Shown: positions 1 through 15,782, numbered from the stretch's first letter. The stretch is 64,000 nucleotides of DNA from Eledone cirrhosa (GCA_964016885.1 OZ024740.1:92814001-92878000), one strand, 5' to 3'. The notes: generated from the letters alone by a model not told the origin. A program made the numbers and translations.

Positions 1-460
1 AACTATGTTTCATCAATCTAAAATATTAATTCGTATAAATTAGGTATTATAATGTAAATATCAGTATTCATGAATGAGACACGTATCAATAATGTGTGAA
101 AAATAATGATCATATGTCTAGTTTAAAATTCCTAGGTCTATAATCAGAACTGAGTTAAAACTTCAAAAAAATTGAAATACATAAGTATATATGCACTTTC
201 ATGAAAAAATAAAATAAAATAATAGAAAATAGAAGGTTATCCCAGATTCGACACTACAGACATCCATGTGAATTTATGTGATCAACTCTGCAACTTCTAT
301 TTCACATGAAAACATTCTCATTGTGCTATAAAAATTCTAGTATACATATATGTGTACATAGACACAAATATATATAGAATCTACATTAATTTTAAGAATA
401 ATATTCTTGCCTTTACTCTACATGATTATCGTGCAAGCATAGAATAGACAACAGATATAA
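1..460 (-). mobile_element. Fragment of PLE family A 3' non-coding region
   Basis: Reverse complement of about 42920-43365, which lies downstream of a GIY-YIG C-terminal remnant. Confidence 0.75.
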
Positions 461-462
461 GA

Positions 463-551
463 AAAATAGCTCTCTGTAAATACACCAGATGTTTTACAGA
501 CCAGGAGTATAAATTATTAATTACACAATAATCAATTTATAATTAATAATT

Positions 552-616
<65 letters not shown>

Positions 617-700
617 AATTATAAATTGATTATCGTGTAATTTATAATTTATACTCCTGGTCTGTAAAACATCTGGTGTATTTACAGAGAGGTATTTTTC
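463..700. repeat. Inverted repeat (arms about 90 bp) centred on a (TA)n tract
   Basis: ctctctgtaaatacaccagatgttttacagaccaggagtat (470-510) mirrored by atactcctggtctgtaaaacatctggtgtatttacagagag (651-691). Confidence 0.9.
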
Positions 701-792
701 TTAATGGTAATAAGGTAGTAATAAATTGCTGACCATATCTGTTTATAGTGCTTATAGGTGTATATAGTGTATATATAACTATAAATAATATT

Positions 793-881
<89 letters not shown>

Positions 882-1048
882 TTAGTATATCTAGTAACAT
901 ATATATACACACAGATCCATACTTATGCTAGCAAATATATAGGTTTTGTCTTAATAACTTTGTGGTTCAATGCATGAGGTTGCAGAACAATAATATGAGA
1001 GACGTAAAATAAGAAAATTCTAAAATTAACTTACTTACTAAAATTTCA

Positions 1049-1129
1049 CTCCCAACTAATTAGTTTCTGAAACGGAATAAACATACTTTCCGAAGAACTG
1101 TACAGAGAAGCCTTTCGTCATCAGGGAAG
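1049..1129 (-). ncRNA. Hammerhead ribozyme (type I), family B
   Basis: Reverse complement reads cuucc CUGAUGA cgaaagg...GAAAC uaauua GUU gggag. Confidence 0.7.
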
Positions 1130-1563
1130 TCTATTCTCACCTAAGTTTCCAGGCAATACGTGGACACTGGGAACTTATACAAAAATAATTCAGTGGATGT
1201 TAAAAAGCAAAGCGTGAACTAAATTCCAAGCCATTGAGAAAATCACAGCCTACTGCGTCGGTGGCAAATTCAAAAAGAATCAATCACGTGACATCGAGAT
1301 CAATCAGTGGAAAGTGGTTTGTTAACAAGACAGCAGCCTGACTGTTACCATAGCAGCAGTCTTGGCCAATTTTGCTCGACAAATAATTTGGAGATAATTA
1401 TGAAGAGTGATTGATTCTTTTTGAATTTGCCACCGACGCAGTAGGCAGTGATTTTCTCAATGGCTAGGAATTTAGTCCACGCTTTGCTTCTTTCCATCCA
1501 CTGAATTATTTTGTATAAGTTCCCAGTGTCTACGTATTGCTTGGAAACTTAGCTGAGAATAGT

Positions 1564-1644
1564 CTTCCCTGATGACGAAAGGCTTCTCTGTACACTTCTT
1601 CGGAAAGTATGTTTATTCCCTTTCAGAAACTAATTAGTTGGGAG
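1564..1644 (+). ncRNA. Hammerhead ribozyme (type I), family B
   Basis: cttcc-CTGATGA-cgaaagg...cctttca-GAAAC-taatta-GTT-gggag; stem I cttcc/gggag; palindromic stem III actaattagt. Confidence 0.75.
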
Positions 1645-2087
1645 TGAAATTTTAGTAACTAAGTTAATTTTATAATTTTCTTATTTTACATCTCTCATAT
1701 TATTGCTGCAACCTCATGCATTGAACCACAAAGTTACTAAGGCAAAACCTATATATTTGCTAGCATAAGTATGCATCTGTGTGTATATATATGTTACTAG
1801 ATATACTAATTCTTTATAATTATCTGCAAATTATTTGTCGAGACAAATTGGCCAAAACTGCTGCTATGGTAACAGTCAGGCTGCTGTCTTCTTCACAAAC
1901 CACTTTCCACTGATTGACCTCGATGTCACGTGATTGATTCTTTTTGAATTTGCCACCGACGCAGTAGGCAGTGATTTTCTCAATGGCTTGGAATTTAGTC
2001 CACGCTTTGCTTTTTTCTATCCACGGAATTATTTTTGTATAAGTTCCCAGTGTCCACGTATTGTCTGGAAACTTAGCTGAGAATAGA

Positions 2088-2168
2088 CTTCCCTGATGAC
2101 AAAAGGCTTCTCTGTACACTTCTTCGGAAAGTATGTTTATTCCCTTTCAGAAACTAATTAGTTGGGAG
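2088..2168 (+). ncRNA. Hammerhead ribozyme (type I), family B
   Basis: Same motif as 1564-1644, one unit downstream. Confidence 0.7.
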
Positions 2169-2210
2169 TGAAATTTTAGTAAGTTAATTTTATAATTTTC
2201 TTATTTTACG

Positions 2211-2334
<124 letters not shown>

Positions 2335-2379
2335 GTGTACATTTATATATATGTATGTATGTATATTTGTTCATAAACA

Positions 2380-2751
2380 TTGACTTGTTATTCTCTACAT
2401 TACCACCGTTTTTTTCTTTTTTCTTTATTCTTTTCACTTCATAAACCTTGTTTGTAAATAACATTATTCTTTCTGCACCTTCTCTTTAACATGTGCGACA
2501 CAACACTACTACATATCACTATCATTTGATAATGCATAAACATGATGAAACCGGTAATTGACAATTATTAAATACATAAACAGATAAATAAATGCCATTG
2601 TTAAATGATAAATAAATCAAATAATACCTAAATACTTCACACAATGTAAACATTTTGTTTTAATCAATTTCTAACACAGAAGAGAGAGAGGGAGATATAA
2701 TAAAGGAAAACAATATATTGCTCTTCCTAATAATCGTCACTTTCTCCCTAT

Positions 2752-2757
<6 letters not shown>
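2380..2757 (+). mobile_element. Family L 3' end fragment with degenerate hammerhead (about 2523-2560)
   Basis: Reverse-complement match to about 55560-55930; TTGATAA...GAAA ccgg TA motif; ends in (TA)n. Confidence 0.55.
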
Positions 2758-2837
<80 letters not shown>

Positions 2838-2908
2838 AAAGAAAGATGAAATCGAAAATGCAACTGGCGTCTTATTTAAAAATATATATATATATATTTA
2901 TTTGGTTC

Positions 2909-2944
2909 CTTTACCGGTTTCGCAGTTCTTCTGCTTTTCAAAAG
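2909..2944 (-). ncRNA. Minimal hammerhead with U3-A8 core, family M (insert about 2834-2975)
   Basis: Reverse complement cuu UUGAAAA gcag aagaa cugc GAAA ccgg UA aag; a decayed second copy of the insert lies at about 28900-29112 (+). Confidence 0.6.
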
Positions 2945-2967
2945 TAGAGTTGAGATGAAGTGTCTGT

Positions 2968-3028
<61 letters not shown>

Positions 3029-3030
3029 AT

Positions 3031-3067
<37 letters not shown>

Positions 3068-3684
3068 AATCTCCAGAGTCTAGCTATTGGCCAGTTAATT
3101 TGATTGACTGGTTTTGGTCTATTCTATTGACTGCCGAATAGCTTTGTTATATTTAACCACTCTGTTGAGAGCTTCATTCGATTTGTGATATTTTGCATTT
3201 TCGCAATATTATACACAGATGAATTCATTCGCCTAATTTAGGTGTTGCCTCCCTTGCTGAACCCCACCTGGGGTCAGTTACAGACACGTCTATGTGATCT
3301 TTAGAACTGAATCCCGTTGATAACGCGCACTCCTAGTTCAGTCAGGATACGAGAAACTTAACATTCTTTATGTAAGTGGACAGTAAATGACTTATGGAGA
3401 CGCAGAAATCCCAACACAGGACTTTACCATCATTCCAGGGCTCCGGTGAGTAAAAAACATTTATGCTTTCATATATTTTTATATCTGTATATCTGTTTGA
3501 CCCGAAATAGGAGATCGAATCTCCGGTGTGTGGATAATTAGTTTAACCACCATCTCAGTGTGTTTGGCCTTTAACGTAAGTTGTAAGCTCTAATTCTTTT
3601 GAATTATTGAGCGCTTGCCTCACAATTCGAAAGTGTTTTTTCGTCATTTCATAGGCTGCAATTCGAATCTCTCTAATTTTTACT

Positions 3685-5372
<1,688 letters not shown>

Positions 5373-5505
5373 TGCTAGGGAAAGGATCAGGGGTGTATAA
5401 CACTCCACTTATCCAGCAGGCAGTATGAGGTTAGCTCAATGTCTGAGGACAGAGCCGTAATATAATAAATAACAAAGAACGCTTATAGCATATGCATATC
5501 TTTAC

Positions 5506-5553
5506 TTGCTAACATTGTTTCATCCGCACTACAAGTGGGACTCATCAGAGCAT
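5506..5553 (-). ncRNA. Minimal hammerhead ribozyme, family D
   Basis: Exact reverse complement of 7821-7868. Confidence 0.8.
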
Positions 5554-6108
5554 AAAGGTTAATTACATACCATACAAGCAATAACAAATCCAAGACATTG
5601 AAGAATGAAAGGTAATAATAGACGATAAAGGATAAGAATAAAAATAAAAGTAAAAATAAAAATAAAAATAAGGGGTGCTATCAGTCACAGTTGGGCGGGG
5701 TGCTGTCAACATATAGTTACATACAAGCATACACATGGATAAGAGAACAGACAAGAGTAGACACATGGATAAGAGAACAGACAAGAGTAGATAAGATAGA
5801 TGGGATTAGGTAAGAGTAGGTAAAAAATAGGTAAAAAATAGGTGAAAAACAGACTTATAATATATATAAATAAGAAAATATAAAGAAATACAAAGAAATA
5901 CATAACAAACTTACATATAAAATATAGGGTAAGGAATGAGATAAAATAATATAAAATTAAAATTAAAAATTATATACATAGAACATACTATAATATAATC
6001 GTAAAATAAGATAAAATAAGGTAAACTAAAATCAAATAACATAGACTAAATTAAAATAATATAATATAAGATATAATTAAATGTATAATTAAATGTAATT
6101 AAATGTAA

Positions 6109-6156
<48 letters not shown>

Positions 6157-7820
6157 AAATTAAAAATTATATAAATAAATAAAATTAAAATTTAAATTTT
6201 AAAATTAAAATTTAAATTTAAATTTAAATAAATAAATAAATAAATAAATGGAGTCAAGTAAGTAAATAAATAAAATTAGATAACATGAAATGAAATAAAA
6301 TAAAATAAAATGAAATAAAGTAAATTGAGATAAGATATATGTTTTTTTAGAATATATCTCTTGAATATATCAGGGGCCCACGAAGGCACTAAGTGTCACA
6401 GTTATGTGTATCACTTGACCATTTTTTTAAAATATATTTCTTGAAAACATCAGGGGCCCACGAAGGCACTAAGTGTCACAGTCACCAGTATCACTTGACC
6501 ATTGCAAGGCAATGGAGGCGTCCCAGGTTGGGCAGTCTCGAAAGTTCACTCGAAAGTCATGGGTGTGCATTCACACAGTTGAGCGGTGGGGTAATCACAA
6601 ACCGGTTCACACCCGGGCAGGAGTCCAATGGTCAGAGAGAGGTGCATCGAAGGAGGTAGAAGAATTCACGTGCATTAGCAAGCGAGGTGCAGGCGGGTTA
6701 AAGCAAGCAGACACAGTTGTAGCGCATACAAAAGATATATAAAAAGACAGAAGATATATTAAAAAATAGCTTCAAGAGCCATTAAGTCACCGCATTGGGA
6801 CATCACAAGATTGTACACATCAATATGTTCAGCACGTATATGCACGTATACACACCACATGCACATGCAGAGACGGTATACATATATATATATATATATT
6901 TTTTTATATATACAGACACATATAACCACCTACACCCATACACATATAAATGTATACACGGACACACACGCACACACACACAGCGTAGGACACCCGGGTC
7001 AAAGCTGATATTAAACACCGAAATACCACATTAGACCAGACCCACCACCACAGGTAATACATTCAAAATAAATACATACGATGAGATGTAGTAAAATAAA
7101 GTTGAAATCCTACGGAGATATTCATGTCCGCACGTGCCATTGACCGATTCGAGTGTACACAGACCGTTATTAACTACGGAGGGCTATCGGGGCCAAAACG
7201 TTACTTTCGGGATCATAAAAACGACCGTCAATATATGGAAGGCCGATCGTGCTAGAAAGACTACAATTTATTTAATTACATTTAATTACATTTAATTATA
7301 CATTTAATTATATCTTATATTATATTATTTTAATTTAGTCTATGTTATTTGATTTTAGTTTACCTTATTTTACGATTATATTATATTATGTTCTATGTAT
7401 ATAATTTTTAATTTTAATTTTATATTATTTTATCTCATTCCTTACCCTATATTTTATATGTAAGTTTGTTATGTATTTCTTTGTATTTCTTTATATTTTC
7501 TTATTTATATATATTATAAGTCTGTTTTTCACCTATTTTTTACCTATTTTTTACCTACTCTTACCTAATCCCATCTATCTTATCTACTCTTGTCTGTTCT
7601 CTTATCCATGTGTCTACTCTTGTCTGTTCTCTTATCCATGTGTATGCTTGTATGTAACTATATGTTGACAGCACCCCGCCCAACTGTGACTGATAGCACC
7701 CCTTATTTTTATTTTTATTTTTACTTTTATTTTTATTCTTATCCTTTATCGTCTATTATTACCTTTCATTCTTCAATGTCTTGGATTTGTTATTGCTTGT
7801 ATGGTATGTAATTAACCTTT

Positions 7821-7868
7821 ATGCTCTGATGAGTCCCACTTGTAGTGCGGATGAAACAATGTTAGCAA
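7821..7868 (+). ncRNA. Minimal hammerhead ribozyme, family D
   Basis: tgct-CTGATGA-gtcc cacttgtagtgc ggat-GAAAC-aat-GTT-agca; stems I and II pair. Confidence 0.8.
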
Positions 7869-7892
7869 GTAAAGATATGCATATGCTATAAG

Positions 7893-7992
7893 TCAACCTC
7901 GGCGGGATTTGAACTCAGATCGTAAAGAGACGTAACTATGGTGGAAAGCATGGCGTCCGACCCTCTACCGATAATGCCAATCCACCACCCCT
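7893..7992 (-). mobile_element. 5' part of a tRNA-derived SINE (octopus-type)
   Basis: Reverse complement contains ttggcattatcggtag (A-box-like) and gagttcaaatcccgccgaggttgac (B box); homologous to 24495-24685. Confidence 0.7.
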
Positions 7993-9223
7993 TTAATAAT
8001 GCTGTGATATATATTTCAATGGTGACAGTGGCCACACTGTTCCGTGCGCCACATCGTCAGACATCTTGTTACATAATACGGTCATGTTTACGAGGGCAAT
8101 CCAAATTGAATCGGCATGGGTACAGACGAAGTGTGTGCTCCTGGATTCTTCGTCCATTACCTTGTGCGTACCAATTCACCCCCACTGGTCTGCGCAGGTG
8201 CAGGTCCGAAGGAACTTGACCAGTAGTTACCGCAGTGTTCAACGAAATTCGCCTAGGCAGTTCCTCCTCTCAAACAAACTATGACCTATTCAGGCCTGTA
8301 ATATATAGCTTACTGCTATCCTCCCCGTCAATGGCAGTCAGCCGAATACCAGTGGGGTTGGGAGAGTGTGAGTATCAATATCACCCCCACATTAAGCATG
8401 GACAGTATAATTGACCATCAACCTGTAAGAGAAACTATACTTAATTCTAGGTATGGTTTCACAGTGGAAATTATGAATGAGAGTTGTAAATTAAAACTAA
8501 AAATGAAAAATCGAAAATCAGAAATCAAAAATTAAAAAAAAATTACAAGTGAGAATCTAGATTGAATTGAGTAAAAACAATATGTGCACCTATACTATCT
8601 ACTAAGTAGAGAGTTCTTTAAGTCAGAATTTTTGAAAGGGGTATTAATGTTACATATCTACATACTGAACGATAGTACCACACAGTAGAATGCAGGGGAG
8701 GTTAATTTACAGTATGAAAGGGAGTAGTTAGGCGGGTACATAGTTAGAATTTCCATCACATGGAACAAAACCAAAAAAAAAACACATATAAAATACACAA
8801 AAAAACCCACAATAAATATCCAATAAATACAAAAAATACATACAGTACATAAATGCAAAATGAGATAGGAGATACATGATTAATATGATTGTCAATTTGT
8901 CCATACAAAGATTGAATTGAGGGAGCTTCTGTTCAAATGCAATTTGGTGCAGAAAATAGCGGCTTAACGTTGTTTTTGTTTCCGCGTATTTATCCTGCCT
9001 AAAATTAGTTTTATGTCCGTTCAGTATCAGGGATTTCCATCCCCATGATAGAGGGAATTTTCGGGTGTAGCTGGTGGCTGGTACCTCTCTTCTCCACTAT
9101 ATCGGTTACATTATAAAGCGCTCAACTAATTGGAGCTAAATTTGTAAGGTAAATATTGATGCAATTCAAATCAAGCACTCAACGTACTTATTCCACTTAG
9201 GAGTGACGGAGTAAATATCAAAT

Positions 9224-9486
9224 AAGGAAACGCGAAGTAGTTTCAGATGTTCAAGTTCTTTAATAATAATGCTGTGATATATATTTCAATGGCGACAGTG
9301 TTGGTCCGTTCCCATGGCGATGCAATTTGGATTGCCTCGGATACAGAACCTTATTATTTAACAAGCTTTTTGACGATGTCGCGGCACTGGCGCACGGAAC
9401 AGTGTGGCCATTGTCACCATTGAAATATATATCACAGCATTATTACTAAAGAATTTGAACATCTGAAACTACTTCGCTTTTCCTTA
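9224..9486. mobile_element. MITE-like element with terminal inverted repeats of about 75 bp, TA-flanked
   Basis: taaggaaacgcgaagtagtttcagatgttcaa...ttgaacatctgaaactacttcgcttttcctta; related partial copy at 7994-8130. Confidence 0.65.
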
Positions 9487-9489
9487 TAT

Positions 9490-9577
<88 letters not shown>

Positions 9578-9581
<4 letters not shown>

Positions 9582-10547
9582 GAGCTGGGTGGAAACAACG
9601 ATTTCTAAGGAACCGTATTTCCACTGTGTGCATAGTGTTTAAAATATTATTGTAAATGAAATATATGAAACCGTACACCTCGCATACACTCCCCACAATT
9701 AAATACCCTAATTTTCTATATTAATCATAAAATCTCTATCACATATATAATAAATTGTTTATGGATACGAAACATTTAATCGTATTTTACTTTAGAAACG
9801 TTGTTAGGGAAGTAGCAATTCAGCGAATTATTAAAGCAATGACTTTTCCGCGGATGCCCCATTAAGTATTAATAAATTGCAACCTACCAAGGAAATTTAA
9901 TTTTAAAGCACAGGATTATGTTGATTTGATTAACTGGGAAAATGAAGTTAAAACATCCTCTCCAGTTTTACCTAACTTTACAAATGTTAATCTTAAAGCT
10001 CGTTCGGGACTATTAAATAGAAATACCTCTTCCCAGTCATAAAATGCTTCTGAAGTCAGATTAGACTACAATAATAGGCACAAAATTGACCTCACTTTGA
10101 TTGGAAAAGACAATGGTAATTTAATAGTAAATAATATTAATGCTTATTCTATGGTGTTCACTGTTCATGTATTAAGGTTATTGCATAGTTTATTTTATTG
10201 CATATCATAATAGTCATATCAAAGTGCTTCTTTATATAGGATTATTTTATAAAATAATCAATACAATAAATATATACATTCCAATACCATTTATCTTTTC
10301 CGGGTGGCAGTTTGCATATAATTTGTAAAGTGATATATAAGTAATATTTAACCAATACAAAGTTGATAGCCTTAAAACAAGTTTGCAGTTCCTTAAATTT
10401 CAAAACGCAGAATGCTGGATGGGGAGGGGGCGTGATGTGAGATGTATGGGTGATGGCATACTTTTTAAAATTGTTAATTCATTTCTCACACCAAAATGAA
10501 CACCAAGCAATATGAAAATCAGAATTTGTAATTTCGACCCCGCCTAA
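9578..10547 (+). mobile_element. Internally deleted hAT-like (hATm-type) DNA transposon remnant
   Basis: Imperfect TIRs ttaggagctgggtggaaa / tttcgaccccgcctaa; internal peptides VVREVAIQRIIKA (about 9800-9840) and KFNFKAQDYVDLINWENEVKTSSPVL (about 9893-9970) resemble transposase C-termini; superfamily assignment is from memory. Confidence 0.45.
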
Positions 10548-10749
10548 TATATAGATATACATTGAACGTGCGATTAAACCGAAATTCCTTCGAAATTCTG
10601 TTTCGAAAATGGTATGCTATTGAGAAGATTATATTTCCAATGCTACATTTTAACATATTGATATAATGTTTTACTTACTGGATTAAATTGAATAACGGGA
10701 TCTTGATCGCTTTCATCCCGTTATTACGGCTAAACTAAAGTGCCAAATC

Positions 10750-11420
10750 TGTAAAATCTGTAAAATCGACGAGCAAATAGAAAGATATGTTTTTGTAGAT
10801 AAGATGTTATGTGAAATAGTTACAGGTACGTACCGAAAGACGGATTTAAAATATATAGTGCAGTTAGAAATAAATAAGTATATATGTATAGTTGTATGAA
10901 TAGAGAAGCTTTGAGTATACGGTTCATTCATAGATTAACTTTGAAGGAAGATTCATACAAATAAATGAATGGCATTATATGAAAGAATGTTAAAACTAAA
11001 CTATTATATAGCTATAGAAAAGTGAAATATAGCAAAGATTTTGAGATAGTAATTGGTATGTATTTTTTAAAGAAGAATTACCACACGATAGATTAAATGT
11101 GCAAAGTATTTGTCCTTAAATAATCGATAGAGATGAAAAACGTACATAAAATATGGTATTTAGACTCTAATAAAATAGCAGGAGAAGGAAAGGAAAAAAC
11201 CCCGGCACAGCACCCATGTTTAAAAGGCCAATACTATACAACAGCAACAACTACTAAATGAAATAACAAACATTTAAATGTTCCATCAGTGAAAATGCAA
11301 AAAAGTGCAAGGAGGAGAGCAGAAGAAAATCATATACTAATACTTGAGTAAATAAGTTTGAAAACGACAGAAGGAAAACTAAGTGGAATGACATTTGCTT
11401 ATACAGAAACGTAGAAGAAA
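10750..11420 (+). mobile_element. Highly decayed LINE RT-like fragment
   Basis: A-rich coding-like tract with only vague RT-like pieces; no ORF. Confidence 0.25.
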
Positions 11421-11851
11421 TGGTATGAAGGAAATAAATTTGACCTTTCCCTGTTATTTACTAGATTTAAGAATATTCATTTGATTTCTACTTTTTTTAT
11501 TGCAGTACTAGATGTATATGGTTTTCTTTATATTCATTTTGATTTTCATTCACAATATGAAGAGGAAAGGGTAGTAACAAGGACTGTAAGAAGCAATTAC
11601 ATATTTTATATTGTTTTTTTTCTATATTTCGTTTGGGAATTGCTTCTTTGATTGTATTTATTAATTCTACATATTATTTTCACTCACGCACTTTTTCTTT
11701 TCCACCATATACACTTCTTTATAGAGATGTTGCTGTGTTTTCATCTATCTCTATATATTGAGTTAAATAACCACACACGTACACACATATATACTTAAAA
11801 CTAGACACCAAACCCACACATACACATGCACACACATATACACACACACAT

Positions 11852-11959
<108 letters not shown>

Positions 11960-12128
11960 GGCGAGAGACAGATAGCAAGAGAAATAGGTAGCTACATAGA
12001 TAGATGAATAGACTCGTACACGTGTCTGTATGTGTGAGCGTTCGTGTGTGCATGTACACTATTGCACTCACCCATATATGCAAGCACACACTCACTCATT
12101 CACACAGACACGCGCGCGCGCACGCACG

Positions 12129-12203
<75 letters not shown>

Positions 12204-12734
12204 TGTTATACTTGGGGAGGGTCATATTTGTGTAATATTGCCAGAATTAATAACAGAACAAACTCAGTGTTTTGTTGGTTTTCGCTTTTCGCTTCTGTGT
12301 CTTTTATATCGGTAATCTAACTTACTCGGTCCTCAATGTTGCCATTGACTGACCAACGGTCAAAAATAATACAGATACATTATAGACACAAACACATATA
12401 TATAGTTTATCAAAGTTCTTTCGTTGCACGTCTGCAACAGCGTCAGAGGTGCTATTGTTTCCTCCCGTTACGTTGTATGTCTACACCATCTTTAATTAAT
12501 CTGTTTATATATTTATTTATTTATTTGTTTGTTTGTTTATTTTATTTTGTCTTCTTTGCGCATGCTTTTGCGTGTGTGTATAGTGTTTTGTTTGATGTGT
12601 GTTCGTGATTGGGTGACTGTGTATTGGTTAATGTATTCTATGTTTACTAGTGTGTGTTTATATGTGGTTGTTGTTATTGTGCTTGTGTATGTATTTATTT
12701 ATTTATTTATTTATGTATATATTTATTTATTTAT

Positions 12735-14102
12735 TTATACTTCTCTTAGATCACTGTTGTTTGTATGGGTGTTGTTGTTATTCCATTCATTCTTTCTGTT
12801 TAGTCTTGGCCTCCTAAGTTCTATTTCACTGGCCTCTCTGATTTGCCTATCTGCTGGGTCATTTCTATGTTTAGATATTATTCTAATTTCTATGTTGTCT
12901 ATGTTACCGCTGTGTTGTTTTCTGGCATGTTCGTATAGTACTGACCCATTTTTTCGTCCTTTTAGTTCCCCCCAGTGTTGGTATATCCTTTCACCTATGC
13001 TACGAGCTGTCTCGCCTATGTATGTTGTTGTCATATTTCTGCAGGTATCCTCTGTACATCTTATGCTATAGACTACGTTTCTAGTTTTACAGTTTATTCG
13101 GGGGTTTACCTTACATATGATACATTTCCTATCAGTACAGTGGCTTTTCTTAAAAGGGTAGATTTTGCTGATCAGGGATTTTATGGTGGTTCCTGGCTTT
13201 TCTACCACCTTAATCTTTAAGTGGGTCTTTCTCAGGGCCTTTCTACACTGGTTAGATAATTTCCATCCAGGGGTAGCGTCCACAAACATGACACTCTGGT
13301 ATCTCTGGTTGTCGTACCATGAGGTGGCTTTCTCTAACTTATGTCTAGCCCTATCTAAGCTATTCCATGATTTGCTCCTGTTTAATGGGAAAATTCCTTT
13401 CATGTCCAGTTCTATGAGGGTCTTATACTTCCCTATGGCTCCTTCGTATACTCTCACTCTGTCTCTTTCGTTGTAGCCAGAGAACTGCATGCGGTTGATG
13501 AAGTGTTGGATGTGTCTTTCCATTTCTGTTGGGCCGCACATTCGGGATACATTCTTCATCACTCGTACTAAATCTGCGATCAGAATATTAAACTTAGCAC
13601 TACTGGACATTGCTGAGTTTTTGAGTATCAGGTATTTGGAGGCCATGGGTTTAGCATAGTGTGAGTGGAGAATTTGGGCTCTCTCGTCTATAGTGTTAAT
13701 CCAGAGTTCCGTGTATAATACAGGTAGTCTATTGTTAGGGTGTTTGGAAGGTTTGTCGATAGTTACAGTTATACTCTGGTGTATGGAATTAGCTATCTGA
13801 TGGATGCTTTCCAATGTGCTACGTTCTAAATCAAACTTGTTAGAGCTCTCTAGTGGGGATGTTCTTATAAATATATTGATCTCGTCTACGTAACGAGAGT
13901 ACATGATGAGGTCTATGGAGCTCTCATTAAGGAGATATTTAAGTCTCCTTTCCCACCATACCATAAAAAGGTTGGCAACATCACCAGCTATGCTGACGCC
14001 AATGGCTGCTCCCTCATTTCGGGTGTAGATCTTCTCGTTGAACTTGAATATGTGGCTCTTGAGGGTAGTTCTGATATTAGCCCCTATTGCATGTGCGACC
14101 AT
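12735..14102 (-). pseudogene. PLE reverse transcriptase (C-terminal half) plus GIY-YIG endonuclease, 455-aa open remnant
   Basis: GAAIGVSIAGDVANLFM (motif B), YSRYVDE (YxDD mutated to YVDE), HYAKP thumb, CxxC, VVYSIRC...YIGETARSIGERIYQH, REA..I...P.LN. Confidence 0.92.
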
Positions 14103-14300
14103 TTTTTTTACCTGATCATTGTTTTGGGGGATCCGTATAGCTTTGGTCCACCCAATCTACCTTCCCATGGGAGTCTTTTTTGCCATTGAGGTTATGGTGG
14201 GGCGTCTACCTATTATGGGTCTACTAGGGCAGAAACGTCTAAGGTCATGTCTTTCTAGGTAGTCAGTGTGGTAGGTAAGTCTAAGTAGGAGGCCCAGTTC

Positions 14301-15180
14301 GCCTCCAAATACCTGATACTCAAACACTCAGCAATATCCAGTAGTGCTAAGTTTAATATTCTGATCGCAGATTTGGTACGAGTGATGAAGAATGTGTCCC
14401 GCATGTGCGGCCCAACAGAAATGGAAAGACACATCCAACACTTCATCAACCGCATGCAGTTATCTGGCTACAACCAAAGAGACAGAGTCAGAGTATACGA
14501 AGGAGCCATAGAGAAGTATAAGACCCTCATAGAAATGGACCTGAAAGGAATTTGCCCAGTATACAGGAACAAACCATGGAATAGCTTAGATATGGCTAGA
14601 CATAAGATAGGGAAAGATACCTCATGGTACGACAAACAGAGATACCAGAGTGTCATGTTTGTGGACGCTACCCATGGATGGAAATTAGCTAACCAGTGTA
14701 GAAAGGCCCTGAGAAAGACCCACTTAAAGATTAAGGTGGTAGAAAAGCCAGGAACCACCATAAAATCCCATCCCTGATCAGCAAAACCTACCCTTTTAAG
14801 AAAACCCACTGTACTGATAGGAAATGTATCATATGTAAGGTAAACCCCCGAATAAACTGTAAAACTAGAAACGTAGTCTCTAGCATAAGATGTACAGAGG
14901 GTACCTGCAGAAATATGACAACAACATACATAGGCGAGACAGCTCGTAGCATAGGTGAAAGGATATACCAACCCTGGGGGGAACTAAAAGGACGAAAAAC
15001 GGGTCAGTACTACACCAACATGCCAGACAACAACACAGCCGTAACATAGACAACATAGAAATTTGAATAATATCTAAACATAGAAATGACCCAGCAGATA
15101 GGCAAATCAGAGAGGCCAGTGAAATAGAATTCAGAAGGCCAAGACTAAACGGAAAGAATGAATGGAATAATAACAACACC
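14301..15180 (+). pseudogene. Inverted duplicate of PLE C1 thumb and GIY-YIG region, frameshifted
   Basis: ORF 14373-14777 aligns to the 12735-14102 protein (RVMKNVSRMCGPTEMERH...); continues through YIGETARS with frameshifts and stops. Confidence 0.9.
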
Positions 15181-15493
15181 CAAACAAACAACACTGACCT
15201 AAGAGAAGTATAAATAAATAAATAAATAGATAAATAAATAAATAAATAAATAAATACACAAGCTCAATAACAACAAACAGATATAAACACACACTAGTAA
15301 ACATAGAATACATTAACCAATACACAGTCACCCAATCACGAACACACATCAAACAAAATACTATACACACACGCAAACGCCTGCGCAATGAAGACACATA
15401 AAAATAAACAAACAAATAAAAAAATAAATAAATATATAAACAGACTAAATATAGATGGCGTAGACATACAATGTAACGGGAGGAAACAATAGC

Positions 15494-15535
15494 ACCACTG
15501 ACGATGTTGCAGATGTGCAACGAAATAACTTTGAT
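15494..15535 (+). ncRNA. Degenerate minimal hammerhead in C1 3' region (mirror copy about 12408-12450, minus)
   Basis: acca-CTGACGA-tgttgca gatg tgcaac-GAAA-taac-TT-tgat. Confidence 0.55.
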
Positions 15536-15782
15536 AAACTATATATATGTGTTTGTGTCTATAATGTATCTGTACTATTTTTGACGGTTGGTCACTCAAA
15601 GGCAACATTGAGGACCGAATAAATTAGATTACCGATATAAAAGACACAGAAGCGAAAAGCGACAACCAAGCAAACAGTGAGTGTGTTCTGTTATTAATTC
15701 TGGCAATATTACACAGATATGACCCTCCCCAAGTATAACAATATTTGTTTCGACACACGATTTCATATAAAAAACCTCGCAA

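Noticed and set aside
12529-13476. Plus-strand ORFs 12529-13071, 12975-13220 and 13165-13476
   Set aside because: Antisense shadows of the PLE ORF and its UTR
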